Assembly: GCA_902540805.1 (NCBI GenBank)
Contig: CACBON010000001.1
Span: forward strand, 85,777 to 149,776
Reading direction: 5' to 3'
DNA length: 64,000 nucleotides
Source of the DNA: an uncultured Alphaproteobacteria bacterium
GTDB lineage: Bacteria > Pseudomonadota > Alphaproteobacteria > Methylaequorales > Methylaequoraceae
This document shows positions 1-9,637 of the stretch, piece after piece. The notes under the pieces are model-generated. The model was given only the letters and a program-made list of their open reading frames with translations. It was not told the DNA's origin and did not search any database. Made by a program: the position numbers and the translations under genes. Numbering within the stretch: position 1 is the first letter of the stretch; each line of letters begins with the position of its first letter.

Positions 1-146
1 ATCAGTTCAACTTGATTATCAACTCTCATTATTTTTGCTTCACTATTCTTAAAATCATATCGGCTTGTAATTTCTCTCATTGCTCCATTTAGTGCGTTAT
101 CTACTTCAGCTAAATCTACTTTTGATACTATGTCGAATGATGGCAT
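1..146 (-). CDS. yajQ: YajQ-family nucleotide-binding protein (UPF0234), N-terminal part; gene runs off the window start
   Basis: Reverse translation from ATG (146..144) gives [39 protein letters not shown]..., the conserved YajQ N-terminus. Absent from the ORF track because it is truncated. Confidence 0.8.
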   Translation of the reverse strand, partial: MPSFDIVSKVDLAEVDNALNGAMREITSRYDFKNSEAKIMRVDNQVEL

Positions 147-230
147 TTATTAATCCTGTTCAATATTTTGTTGTAATTAACAATGTCTATTATAAAATTA
201 AATTTTTCATAAAGTAAATAATAAATAACT

Positions 231-1610
231 ATGCTTGAAGTTAAATCTCCTTGGAACAATGAAACTGTTGGAACAGTTAAAACACATAACTCTTCAGAAA
301 TTGAGGGTATTGTTCAAGAAGTGTGCAGAATTTCTGCTCATAAGGGTGAGGATTTCCCACCGAAAGAACGAATTAATGTCTTAAAATCTTTTATTAAAAT
401 TATACAAGAAAATATCCAAAGTTTAGCAGAGCTTGCAACATCTGAGGGTGGTAAACCAATAACCGACTCAATAATTGAAATTAAAAGGGGTGCGGAGGGA
501 GTTGAATCATGCATAGAAGTTTTAAAATCAGAGAGTGGTTCCGTTATTCCAATGAATATAAACGAAGCTTCTTCAAATAGAATTGCATTTACACAAAAAG
601 AACCAATTGGCGTAGTGCTTGCGATAAGTGCATTTAACCATCCATTTAATTTAATTATTCATCAGGTAATTCCAGCAATAGCCGTGGGTTGTCCCGTAAT
701 TGTAAAACCAGCAGAGGATACACCATTATCTTGTCTTAGAATTGTTGAAATGCTCTATGAAGCTGGTGTACCAAAAAATAGATGTCACTTTGTAATGCCT
801 GAAAATTTAGATTTAGCTACTAAGTTAGTTTCAGATGAAAGAATCGATTTTTTTTCATTTATTGGTTCAAGTAAAGTTGGATGGTTCTTACGTTCAAAAT
901 TAGCACCCGGAACACGTTGTTCACTTGAGCATGGGGGAATGGCACCCACCTTTATTACTAAAAATAGCGATTTAGATTTGTGTGCAAAGAGTATAGCAAG
1001 AGGAGGTTTTTATCATGCTGGTCAAGTTTGCGTATCAGTTCAAAGAATATATTTAAGTAAGAACGTATCGGATAGTTTTATAGACAAATTCAAAGAAGAA
1101 GTTAAAAAAGTGAATTTAGGCGATCCTATGGATAAAAAAACAGTGGTGGGTCCATTAATAAGGAACTCTGAAATTAAACGAGTCGATCAGTGGGTTGGTG
1201 AATCTTTAGACAATGGATCAAAGTTAATTTTAGGAGGTAAGGTTTTATCAGAATGTACTTATGACAAAACAATAATTTTAAACCCAAAAAAGGAAGATAA
1301 AATTTCTCAATTTGAAATATTTGGTCCAGTTGTAACAATAAATGAATACGATGATTTAGGAAAAGCGATTGATGATGCAAATTCAGTAAATGTGTCATTT
1401 CAAACATCAATTTTTACAAATCAAATAAATGAACTTTTACAATTCTACGCAAAAATTAACGCATCTTCAGTTTTTCATAACGACCATACAGCATTTAGAG
1501 TGGATTGGATGCCATTCGCTGGTCTTAAAAACTCCGGACATGGAACCGGTGGTATAAAATATTCAATGCATGACATGCAAATAGATAAAATGTTAGTTTT
1601 AAGAAAATGA
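231..1610 (+). CDS. NAD(P)-dependent aldehyde dehydrogenase family protein
   Basis: 459 aa. ALDH hallmarks: catalytic Glu context LEHGGMAP, catalytic Cys context GQVCVSVQRIY, and EIFGPV near the C-terminus. Confidence 0.9.
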   Translation: MLEVKSPWNNETVGTVKTHNSSEIEGIVQEVCRISAHKGEDFPPKERINVLKSFIKIIQENIQSLAELATSEGGKPITDSIIEIKRGAEGVESCIEVLKSESGSVIPMNINEASSNRIAFTQKEPIGVVLAISAFNHPFNLIIHQVIPAIAVGCPVIVKPAEDTPLSCLRIVEMLYEAGVPKNRCHFVMPENLDLATKLVSDERIDFFSFIGSSKVGWFLRSKLAPGTRCSLEHGGMAPTFITKNSDLDLCAKSIARGGFYHAGQVCVSVQRIYLSKNVSDSFIDKFKEEVKKVNLGDPMDKKTVVGPLIRNSEIKRVDQWVGESLDNGSKLILGGKVLSECTYDKTIILNPKKEDKISQFEIFGPVVTINEYDDLGKAIDDANSVNVSFQTSIFTNQINELLQFYAKINASSVFHNDHTAFRVDWMPFAGLKNSGHGTGGIKYSMHDMQIDKMLVLRK

Positions 1611-1631
1611 GAATTGCAAAGGAGAAAAGAA

Positions 1632-3302
1632 ATGAAAGCATCAGATTTATTCGTTAAATGTCTTGAGGAGGAAGGGGTTACTCGAATATTTGGAGTTCCT
1701 GGAGAAGAAAATGCTGATTTTATGATTTCCTTAAAACAAAGTAAAAAAATAGAATTTATTTTATGTAGACACGAACAAGCAGCTGCTTTTATGGCTGACG
1801 CATACGGAAGGTTAACAGGCAAAGCAGGAGTTTGTTTGTCTACACTAGGTCCTGGCGTGACTAACCTTATGACGGGATTAGCGGATGCTAACATGGATAG
1901 ATCCCCAGTGGTAGCGATAATTGGACAAGGGTCTACAAATAGACTTCACAAAGAAAGTCACCAAATTATGGATTCAATAAGCATGGTTCATCCAATATCA
2001 AAATGGGCGCAAACACTTTTATCCCCAAAAAATATAACTGAAGTAGTAAGGAAAGCCTTTAAGGTTGCTGAAACTGAAAAGCCAGGTGTTACCGTTATTG
2101 AATTTCCAGAAGATATTGCAAAAGAAGAAATTAAAGATACACCAATCAAACCAACTTTGATAAGAAGACCAGCAGCTGATAATAGGGCAATCGAAATGGC
2201 ACTCAATCTAATTTTGGATGCAAAAAATCCAATTATCCTTGCAGGAAACGGAACCATAAGAAAAAGAGCTTCTAACAGACTTAGGGTGTTAGTAGAGAAT
2301 TTAGGAATCGGAGTAATTAATACTTTTATGGGCAAAGGATCAGTTTCTTTTAAAGATAAACATTCACTATTTACTATTGGACTTGGAAGTGGTGATTACA
2401 ACAATTTGGCAATTGATGAGTCAGATTTAGTAATTGCTATAGGTTATGATCTAGTTGAATATTCCCCATCAGCTTGGAATAGAATTGAAGGGAGAGAAAA
2501 GAAGATTATTCACATTGACTATACTCCTGCAGAAGTAGACAGAGACTATCTTCCTAACGTTGAAATTATAGCAGATTTAGCAGGTGCTCTCTATCAACTG
2601 AATTTAGCTTTAATAAATAAGGTTTCTAGAAGTCAATTACCATTGTTCAACATTGATTCAAGGAAAAAATTAAGATCAAAAATGTTAAATCATTTAGACA
2701 AAAATAATGAAGATAACTCATTCCCAATGAAACCACAAAGAGTCTTGGCAGACATAAAGAAAGTACTAAGCGAAGACGATATTATCCTTTCAGACGTTGG
2801 AGCGCATAAGATGTGGGTTGCAAGAGAATATAATTGTGTCAATCCAAATACGTGTCTTATCTCCAATGGATTTTGTACAATGGGTTTTGCTCTTCCCGGT
2901 TCAATCGGAGCAAAAATGGCATTTCCAAACAAAAAAGTCCTTTCAGTAAATGGTGATGCTGGATTCCTTATGAACGTACAAGATTTAGAAACTGCTGTAA
3001 GAAACAAAATAAATATTGTTGCTGTTGTTTGGTTAGACGGTGAATATGGTTTAATAAAATGGAAACAACAAGTTCAATTCAAAGGTGAACATTCTGATCT
3101 AAAATTTGACAATCCAAATTTTCTTGAATTAGCCAAATCTTTTGGTATGTGGGGAACACAAATAAACTCTTCAGATCAATTTATTCCAGCTCTCAATGAG
3201 GCTTTTCAACAGAATGGTCCAGCAATAATAGGTGTCCCTGTCGACTATGCAGAAAATATGAAACTAACAAAACATTTGGGTAAGGTTTCTGCAACAATCT
3301 AA
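1632..3302 (+). CDS. Thiamine-pyrophosphate enzyme, acetolactate synthase large-subunit (AlsS/IlvB-like) family
   Basis: N-terminal TPP-pyrimidine domain (GVPGEEN, HEQAAAFMADAYGRLTGK) and C-terminal TPP motif GDAGFLMNVQDLETAV. Start moved from the track start 1614 to the ATG at 1632, which follows GGAGA. Confidence 0.85.
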   Translation: MKASDLFVKCLEEEGVTRIFGVPGEENADFMISLKQSKKIEFILCRHEQAAAFMADAYGRLTGKAGVCLSTLGPGVTNLMTGLADANMDRSPVVAIIGQGSTNRLHKESHQIMDSISMVHPISKWAQTLLSPKNITEVVRKAFKVAETEKPGVTVIEFPEDIAKEEIKDTPIKPTLIRRPAADNRAIEMALNLILDAKNPIILAGNGTIRKRASNRLRVLVENLGIGVINTFMGKGSVSFKDKHSLFTIGLGSGDYNNLAIDESDLVIAIGYDLVEYSPSAWNRIEGREKKIIHIDYTPAEVDRDYLPNVEIIADLAGALYQLNLALINKVSRSQLPLFNIDSRKKLRSKMLNHLDKNNEDNSFPMKPQRVLADIKKVLSEDDIILSDVGAHKMWVAREYNCVNPNTCLISNGFCTMGFALPGSIGAKMAFPNKKVLSVNGDAGFLMNVQDLETAVRNKINIVAVVWLDGEYGLIKWKQQVQFKGEHSDLKFDNPNFLELAKSFGMWGTQINSSDQFIPALNEAFQQNGPAIIGVPVDYAENMKLTKHLGKVSATI

Positions 3303-3592
3303 TGCAAAAAATTTTTATCATTTCCTTTATTTTACTCACATCAAACTTGAGTATAGCAAAGAAGGTTTGCAAACCACCAATTATTAAATCAGAAAATGAA
3401 ATTCAGGAAAAATTAAAAATATGTAATAAGGGTGATAAATTACTTCTTTATTTTGACATAAAAGTAAGAGAAGAAGAGTTAATTGTAAAATTATGCAATC
3501 TTAAGCACACAATAATTACAAAAGATGAAGTTAAAATCATCCATAAACGTGGAAGCGGTCTGACTTTAATATGTATTTATGATCCAAACTAA
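3302..3592 (+). CDS. Small secreted hypothetical protein (signal peptide, several Cys)
   Basis: 96 aa with a hydrophobic N-terminus (MQKIFIISFILLTSNLSIA). The start overlaps the upstream stop (TAATG). No recognisable family. Confidence 0.5.
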   Translation: MQKIFIISFILLTSNLSIAKKVCKPPIIKSENEIQEKLKICNKGDKLLLYFDIKVREEELIVKLCNLKHTIITKDEVKIIHKRGSGLTLICIYDPN

Positions 3593-3597
3593 TATTA

Positions 3598-5415
3598 TTA
3601 GTTTATCTTATAATATGGTAATTCCTCTGTGTTAGTTACACCCATCGCAGCAATTCTTTCGATTACTTGTAAAGCTTTTTGAAACTTTCTTTCATTTTCG
3701 TCACTCGAATTTTTAGCAAAATTTTCACCACACAAAGCAATACCATAATTTGTTTGAACTGGTCTTATTACTCTACCTTTACTTAACCCATCTGCTAATG
3801 TGGTAAATATAAACTCTTCCTGCTGTGGGATAGTAATTTCTCTTTCAAATAAAAACTCTCGTATTTTTCTTTCAGCATCCAAAGTTAAGTTCCAGAATTC
3901 ATGTTCAGAATTAGTCATTTCACCTGATACAAAGTCGAAAGCCAAACAAAATGTTAGGAATAATTTTTCATAAATATTAGCATCTCGCCAAGCTGTAGAT
4001 TCCATATTTTGCCATATATTTTTATTCATATCCTCAAAAATTTTGGGTACTTTTTCAAAAAAGATTTTGTGAAGACTGTTATCATTTTTAGGTTTTTCAA
4101 TCTTATTATCTTTATAAAGATCTGTTGAAGCATAAGAACTACATACGGGACATGCCTCGTCTGAAAGCTGTTTTTTTTTGTATACCAGTGAACATCTTTT
4201 CCCAGTTTCACTTGGTCCTTCACAAAGTAAATAAGTGTAATCTCTGTCTTTTACAAATTGCTGTTTACTTACCCAATTAAATCTATTTTTGAATTCTAAG
4301 TATGATTTTCGATGATTCATTAGTTTCCACTTAAGTTGTTCAACAGGTCCAAAAGTTGTGAAATTTGAACTAACGTCTATAACCAAGCATTTTGTCTTAC
4401 CCTCAGCCGATCTCAAACCTCTCCCAACTGATTGTCCCCAAAATACTTTAGATAAAGTTGGTCTTAGATGAACAATAATATTACAATTTGGATTGTCCCA
4501 CCCCTCAGAAAGAACTCCTACAGAAATCAAACACTCAAGATCACCAACTTCATGTTTTTTCAGTATCTCTAATCTTTCTTTAATTGGGGTTTTAGCCGTT
4601 ATTAATTCAACGTTGAGATTTTTATCTGCCACCTGCTTTTTTGTTTCCTCAGCAACTAGAATATCTGGACAAAACCATGCAGAAATAGGTTTATCTTTCA
4701 TTTTTTTTTTTTCTCCAAGATATATATTTATTGCATACTCAATCATTGATGACTTAATAATGGCATTAGACAATTGTTCTATTGGAAAATCGCCTGTAGA
4801 AATATCCATGTTATCAAGTTCTAAATCATGGATAAAAAATGATCTATAATCAGCAGGAACAAGAACCCCTTCTTTGATTAACTCCTCAATGTCAGCACAA
4901 TCTATTATAGCATCAAATGCTAAACCTAATTGATCTTTTTGATCACCTGTTCTTCTTTCTGGAGAAGCAGTCAGACCAAGAAGTTTGGATTGTTCTGCAG
5001 ATTCTTTGTCAAATTGATCAAGTAATTCCTTGTAAGCTTGTCCGTTGGGTGAAACTCTATGTGCCTCGTCAATTATGAGTAGATCACAATGTTTAATTGC
5101 ATTAAGAAGAAAATCTCTGGATCTTAAATTAGTTGAAATTAAAACGTCATAATTCTCAAATGGAGTTCCCTCTTCAGATAGACCAAGTTTTTTAACTTTG
5201 TGATCAGCAGATAACCCTTTTTCAAGTTGTTCTAATAAAACTAATCTATGACAAAGAACAACTATTTTTTTATTTTTATAAAATCTATTTATTATCTCAC
5301 TTGCTAAAACAGTCTTACCAGCTCCAGTAGGAGCTTTTAAAATAAACTTCTTGTAATTTTTTGTAATTTCAGGAAATTCATCAATTACTTTTTGTTGCCA
5401 TCTTCTTAATTTCAT
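3598..5415 (-). CDS. Superfamily-2 DEAH helicase (ResIII/DEAD-like N-terminus) with a Cys-rich zinc-ribbon-like insert and an uncharacterised C-terminal domain
   Basis: 605 aa. Walker A APTGAGKT, motif II IIDEAHRV, motif VI-like GRGLRS. CX..C..CPVC cluster (CEGPSETGKRCS...ACPVCSS) after the helicase core. Confidence 0.8.
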   Translation of the reverse strand: MKLRRWQQKVIDEFPEITKNYKKFILKAPTGAGKTVLASEIINRFYKNKKIVVLCHRLVLLEQLEKGLSADHKVKKLGLSEEGTPFENYDVLISTNLRSRDFLLNAIKHCDLLIIDEAHRVSPNGQAYKELLDQFDKESAEQSKLLGLTASPERRTGDQKDQLGLAFDAIIDCADIEELIKEGVLVPADYRSFFIHDLELDNMDISTGDFPIEQLSNAIIKSSMIEYAINIYLGEKKKMKDKPISAWFCPDILVAEETKKQVADKNLNVELITAKTPIKERLEILKKHEVGDLECLISVGVLSEGWDNPNCNIIVHLRPTLSKVFWGQSVGRGLRSAEGKTKCLVIDVSSNFTTFGPVEQLKWKLMNHRKSYLEFKNRFNWVSKQQFVKDRDYTYLLCEGPSETGKRCSLVYKKKQLSDEACPVCSSYASTDLYKDNKIEKPKNDNSLHKIFFEKVPKIFEDMNKNIWQNMESTAWRDANIYEKLFLTFCLAFDFVSGEMTNSEHEFWNLTLDAERKIREFLFEREITIPQQEEFIFTTLADGLSKGRVIRPVQTNYGIALCGENFAKNSSDENERKFQKALQVIERIAAMGVTNTEELPYYKIN

Positions 5416-5479
5416 AAACAGTATATTATATTATATTTTTTGTTGATTATCCATCATCATTATGTTTTTAGTTACATTA

Positions 5480-5878
5480 ATGAAAATTAGTATTTTAAAA
5501 TCAAAACTTCACCGAGCAACAATTACAAACACCCACCTTGATTACGAAGGTTCATGTGCAATTGATAGTGAATTATTAGATGCCGCCGATATATCAGAAT
5601 ATGAGATGATTCATATTTATAATTTGGTAAATGGTGAGAGATTCACGACTTATGCAATCAAAGCTGAAAGTGGAAGTGGTATAATCACACTAAATGGAGC
5701 CGCCGCCTTTAAGGGCAACAAAAATGATAAAGTTATAATCTGTACATATGCAGAGATAAATAAAAAAGATATTAAAAAACACATTCCAAAACTTATTTAT
5801 TTCAAAAATGACTCTAACATCATTGATAAAATTAAATCTTCAATTCCTATCCAACGTAATAATGTGGTTTCAATATAA
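5480..5878 (+). CDS. panD: Aspartate 1-decarboxylase proenzyme
   Basis: MKISILKSKLHRATITNTHLDYEGSCAID contains the conserved Gly-Ser self-cleavage site (YEGSC). Start chosen at the second ATG; the track start is 5462. Confidence 0.9.
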   Translation: MKISILKSKLHRATITNTHLDYEGSCAIDSELLDAADISEYEMIHIYNLVNGERFTTYAIKAESGSGIITLNGAAAFKGNKNDKVIICTYAEINKKDIKKHIPKLIYFKNDSNIIDKIKSSIPIQRNNVVSI

Positions 5879-5880
5879 TT

Positions 5881-6120
5881 ATGTCTAAAAGTATGTGGAT
5901 TATCTCGGTTTTAATTTTAATTCTTATGATTAGTTCATTTTGGTTTGGAAGGAATAGAGAAGCACCACCATGGGTCAAATGTAAAGAATCTCTTTTTGCT
6001 CAAGTTGTTATGAAGCAGTGCACACCTAGTTCATTTGTCAACCCAAATAATATTGAAAATATGGAGACTAATGAGAACAATGTTGAAGACGGACTACCAT
6101 TTGAGCCTCCGCAAAATTAG
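5881..6120 (+). CDS. Small membrane-anchored hypothetical protein
   Basis: 79 aa with one N-terminal TM segment (MWIISVLILILMISSFWF). Sits 2 nt after the panD stop. Confidence 0.45.
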   Translation: MSKSMWIISVLILILMISSFWFGRNREAPPWVKCKESLFAQVVMKQCTPSSFVNPNNIENMETNENNVEDGLPFEPPQN

Positions 6121-6159
6121 GTTGAAAAAAAAATAATTTTATGTAATTTGATTTCTAAT

Positions 6160-6235
6160 GCCGCTTTAGCTCAGTTGGTAGAGCAACTGATTTGTAATCA
6201 GTGGGTCGGGAGTTCAAATCTCTCAAGCGGCACCA
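6160..6235 (+). tRNA. tRNA-Thr (anticodon UGU)
   Basis: Hand-folded cloverleaf: acceptor GCCGCTT/AAGCGGC, D-arm GCTC..GAGC, anticodon arm ACTGA-TTTGTAA-TCAGT, T-loop TTCAAAT, encoded CCA. Confidence 0.9.
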
Positions 6236-6348
6236 CTCTTTCCCCTACTCAGCTTGATATGCAACTAACAAATTTAGAGTGCCAAATTTGTTAATTAAAA
6301 TATTCATTCACACCACATGTAAATAAAAACTAAATAAGTCGTGAAAAC

Positions 6349-6912
6349 CTAGTATTTCATAACTCTACATGAACCATGTTTTATAACAAATGAGTCTTTG
6401 TATTTTTCAAACTTTCTTGGGTTTTTAGAGGCACTGGTTGGTGATACCAAAATCATTTGTTCTGGGTGAAAAACATATTGTCCCTTATTACATTCAACAC
6501 TTTTCAATTTTTTGTTTTTCCCATAAAACTCTTCACAATACTCAACACTATCAACATCCACACCTTCACGTTTTATTAAGTAACATCTATGAAGAGATGC
6601 AAAAGAATCATAAACTGCATCTTTTTTTCTGATAACTTTGGCACTACAAAGCATATTATTTACTGCTTTTAACACTTCTTGGTGTTCTACTTTTTCAAAC
6701 AAATAGGATTTTGATTTAAAATCTTTACTCACATATTTACCATTCTCCCAATCAAAACCAATACTATCTTCGATTTTACATTCAATTTTTTCACCCATTT
6801 CAATTTCAAAATCATCAAAGAAATTTTGTCCAGAAGAAAAAGTTTCAGAATATACAAAATTTTGGAAATTAACTGAAAAAAAGAATATTATTAAATATGA
6901 TAGATGTTTCAT
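6349..6912 (-). CDS. Secreted Cys-containing hypothetical protein
   Basis: Signal-peptide-like MKHLSYLIIFFFSVNFQNFVYS from an internal ATG (track start 6930). No family recognised. Confidence 0.5.
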   Translation of the reverse strand: MKHLSYLIIFFFSVNFQNFVYSETFSSGQNFFDDFEIEMGEKIECKIEDSIGFDWENGKYVSKDFKSKSYLFEKVEHQEVLKAVNNMLCSAKVIRKKDAVYDSFASLHRCYLIKREGVDVDSVEYCEEFYGKNKKLKSVECNKGQYVFHPEQMILVSPTSASKNPRKFEKYKDSFVIKHGSCRVMKY

Positions 6913-6981
6913 ATTGCCATTAAAGCACAAAAATTTATCTCATAAATTCTTTTTAATATTTTAAAAAGTATTAAAGAAACC

Positions 6982-7605
6982 TTACTTTACTATATTAAAA
7001 ATTGCATTCTCTGCAAAATTAGTTGATTTACAAGTTCTTGTGGGGATACTTCCTTTAATAGGGTTGATAACATCTATTGTTTGAAAGCCTCCTGATTCAA
7101 AACTATAAGTTTGGTTTAGCTTAGGGTCATAATACCCAAGTGCATGTTGTGTTGAGTATGTATAGGTTGTATTAATACTTATTTGGGTAGTTTCATTATC
7201 AATTTTTCGTATATTGATATTCATTTTTGCTTTAAGTACTGCCAGTAAGCCACTTTTTGCATAGTCTATATAAGAACCTTTAAATTCTTCACCAGTAAAA
7301 AAAAGAGTATATTCAAAATCACCACAATCTATAAACTTTTCTGCTTCTTTTGAACCAAATGATAACGTTAACATTCCAGAATCTTTCTCTAAGTTTTCTA
7401 TTTTGAATAAAGAATCATTTACAAAATCAATTACAGAGTTCCAAGTTTCGTCAAAATTTTTTTTAGTAATTACAGAATTTTTAAAATTAGTATCGTCGAT
7501 ATTTGGTGGAATATATTTACCAACATTTTCTGTAAGTTTTTCTTTTTCTAATGCGCATGACAAAAAAAGAATTGTCATAACTAGAGATGAAAGTAATTTT
7601 TTCAT
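6982..7605 (-). CDS. Hypothetical lipoprotein
   Basis: 207 aa. The N-terminus MKKLLSSLVMTILFLSC has a lipobox-like LSC. Confidence 0.55.
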   Translation of the reverse strand: MKKLLSSLVMTILFLSCALEKEKLTENVGKYIPPNIDDTNFKNSVITKKNFDETWNSVIDFVNDSLFKIENLEKDSGMLTLSFGSKEAEKFIDCGDFEYTLFFTGEEFKGSYIDYAKSGLLAVLKAKMNINIRKIDNETTQISINTTYTYSTQHALGYYDPKLNQTYSFESGGFQTIDVINPIKGSIPTRTCKSTNFAENAIFNIVK

Positions 7606-7690
7606 ATACAGTTATATGTCAATATAGATTATAAAACGCAAGCAGTGATAAGATATTTAACTAATGGATCATTTTTTTATTATCCTATTG

Positions 7691-7900
7691 CTACCTGTAG
7701 CCACCCTTTTTTTTTTCTTTTTTTGATTTTTTCTCATTGGACTGAATATTCTTAGAATCTTTAGTAACGGATTTCATTTTTACTGAATAAGACTTATCAG
7801 AATTACCAAATTTATCTCTAACATCATTTATAAAGTTCCCTTTTGTGTCAGAAAAAAATGTAACAAAACAAATAATTAAATAAAAGGAAAAAAGTTTCAT
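7691..7900 (-). CDS. Small secreted Lys-rich hypothetical protein
   Basis: 69 aa with a signal-like N-terminus and a KKSKKEKKKGG tail encoded by a T/A homopolymer-rich stretch. Confidence 0.35.
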   Translation of the reverse strand: MKLFSFYLIICFVTFFSDTKGNFINDVRDKFGNSDKSYSVKMKSVTKDSKNIQSNEKKSKKEKKKGGYR

Positions 7901-8063
7901 TAAGGAAAGATATTAATAAAAAAAAAAAGTTCAATAGTATAAAGTGTTTTTTAATTAAATTTATTTTATTCAAACACTTCTCTAGGGAAGTTACATAGGC
8001 CACCTTATGAAATTTAGCATAAAGTTCACATAGCTGCTAATTTTTGATTATTTGAAGTAGCTC

Positions 8064-8360
8064 TTATTTAAGTTTATTTAGACAATTTTCAAACTCAGAA
8101 GTGTTTTCTTCAAAGCCCAACTCTTCACATTTCTTTTTGACTTTGTCTACAGATAATTCATCTGCTATCTCACCACCAACTAAAGACCCTAAACCTGCAC
8201 CAATAGCTGTCATAAACAATTTGCCAGTTCCGGCTCCAAATTGAGCACCAATAACTCCACCTGCAGCGGCACCTAGAGTGTTGCCAATAGTTTTGTTATC
8301 AATACTTGAACAGGAAGCAAGAAATAGAAATAAAAATGAAATTAAAATTTTATTGTTCAT
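8064..8360 (-). CDS. Glycine-zipper outer-membrane lipoprotein (SlyB / 17-kDa antigen-like)
   Basis: Lipobox LASCSS, then Gly-zipper GAAAGGVIGAQFGAGTGKLFMTAIGAGLGSLVGG. Confidence 0.7.
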   Translation of the reverse strand: MNNKILISFLFLFLASCSSIDNKTIGNTLGAAAGGVIGAQFGAGTGKLFMTAIGAGLGSLVGGEIADELSVDKVKKKCEELGFEENTSEFENCLNKLK

Positions 8361-8422
8361 AATCTAATTTTAATAAATTAAATTATATTTTCAAATAATT
8401 TATTTAAGCATAAAATTAAATT

Positions 8423-8626
8423 ATGGTTCAAAAATTACTGATTATAATTGGGTTACTATTTATTTTTATAGGATTTTTATACCCATTTTTCAAAGATATT
8501 GGGTTTGGAAAATTGCCAGGTGATATTGTAATCAAAAAAGAAAACTCTTCTTTTTATTTTCCAATAGTTGCTTGTATTATAGTTAGTGTTGTCATTAGTT
8601 TGATATTATTTTTTTTAAAGAAATAA
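8423..8626 (+). CDS. DUF2905-like small membrane protein
   Basis: 67 aa with two TM segments flanking a GKLPGDIVIKKEN motif typical of DUF2905. Confidence 0.6.
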   Translation: MVQKLLIIIGLLFIFIGFLYPFFKDIGFGKLPGDIVIKKENSSFYFPIVACIIVSVVISLILFFLKK

Positions 8627-8708
8627 AATAAATAGTAACCCATTACTTAGTCTCGCTTAATCTTTATTGTAAATTATTTGTAAAGCAGTGAGTTTCTTTC
8701 AAGTGACT

Positions 8709-8993
8709 TCATTTTTGTAATTTTACGCCTTCACTTTTAAGAAGTCTTTTTTTTCTCTCTAATCCTTTTTTTCCTTTATATCCTCCCATTTTTCCGTCTT
8801 CTCTAATGACTCTGTGACATGGAATTATTTCTAACAATGGATTTTTAGCACATGCATTTGCAACAGCTCGATAAGCTTTGGGTTTCCCTATTTTCAACGC
8901 AAGTTCCTTATAAGTGATTGTTTTTCCTTTAGGAATTTTTGTTATCTCTAACCACACCATTTTTTGAAAATTAGTGCCCTTAATATTTTTCAT
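8709..8993 (-). CDS. MGMT-family protein (methylated-DNA-protein-cysteine methyltransferase DNA-binding domain only)
   Basis: 94 aa. GKTITYKELA...IPCHRVI retains the PCHR active-site motif. Overlaps the upstream gene by 4 nt. Confidence 0.8.
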   Translation of the reverse strand: MKNIKGTNFQKMVWLEITKIPKGKTITYKELALKIGKPKAYRAVANACAKNPLLEIIPCHRVIREDGKMGGYKGKKGLERKKRLLKSEGVKLQK

Positions 8994-9637
8994 CTATTTA
9001 GTTTTCTCCATTTTTTTGGATGAATAAATGTTCCCTTCCACATACCTAAATTGTTTTCTTGGGCGTATTCTTCATCAATAACATAGTCTTTGGAATAATC
9101 TCTGTAAGCAAGAGCCCATCCATTTCTTACAAGTTCTTTATTGAGGTTGGTTTGACCTACGAAACATTCAGCAACAATTCGTTTGTATCTATCTCTATCT
9201 TTGTGATTACATTTAACGGACTGATTGCCAATGAGAGAAGCTAAAAATTCTTTTGATTTGACCCCGCATTTGTAATTTTTTTCTTTCATGTTGCATAATT
9301 GCTTCATTTCAGGTGCATCAATACCGTGAAGTCTATATTTAATTTTATTAACATGGATAGTATCTCCATCAACAATTCTTATTTCTTGTTGAGTATTTAC
9401 ACTATTATTTTTTACGGCGGTAATATCTGAAACATAGCACAATGGCTCGTAACCACCAGGTTTTGAATATGCACTTCTTTTTCCACATTCTTTACCGTTA
9501 CTCATTATTGAATAAGGACATGGACATTTTCCAGGATAGTTTGCAATAGATTCTTTAATCATTTCTTCAGGAGATTTAGCTTCAGAAACACTTACAACTA
9601 AAAATAAAATAATAAAACCGTTTATGATTCTAATCAT
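8990..9637 (-). CDS. Secreted thermonuclease (SNase)-family nuclease with a Cys-rich N-terminal region
   Basis: VDGDTIHV...YRLHGIDAPE and RYKRIVAECF...GWALAY are SNase motifs. Signal peptide MIRIINGFIILFLVVSVSEA from the ATG at 9637 (track start 9682 would overlap recQ). Confidence 0.75.
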   Translation of the reverse strand: MIRIINGFIILFLVVSVSEAKSPEEMIKESIANYPGKCPCPYSIMSNGKECGKRSAYSKPGGYEPLCYVSDITAVKNNSVNTQQEIRIVDGDTIHVNKIKYRLHGIDAPEMKQLCNMKEKNYKCGVKSKEFLASLIGNQSVKCNHKDRDRYKRIVAECFVGQTNLNKELVRNGWALAYRDYSKDYVIDEEYAQENNLGMWKGTFIHPKKWRKLNR

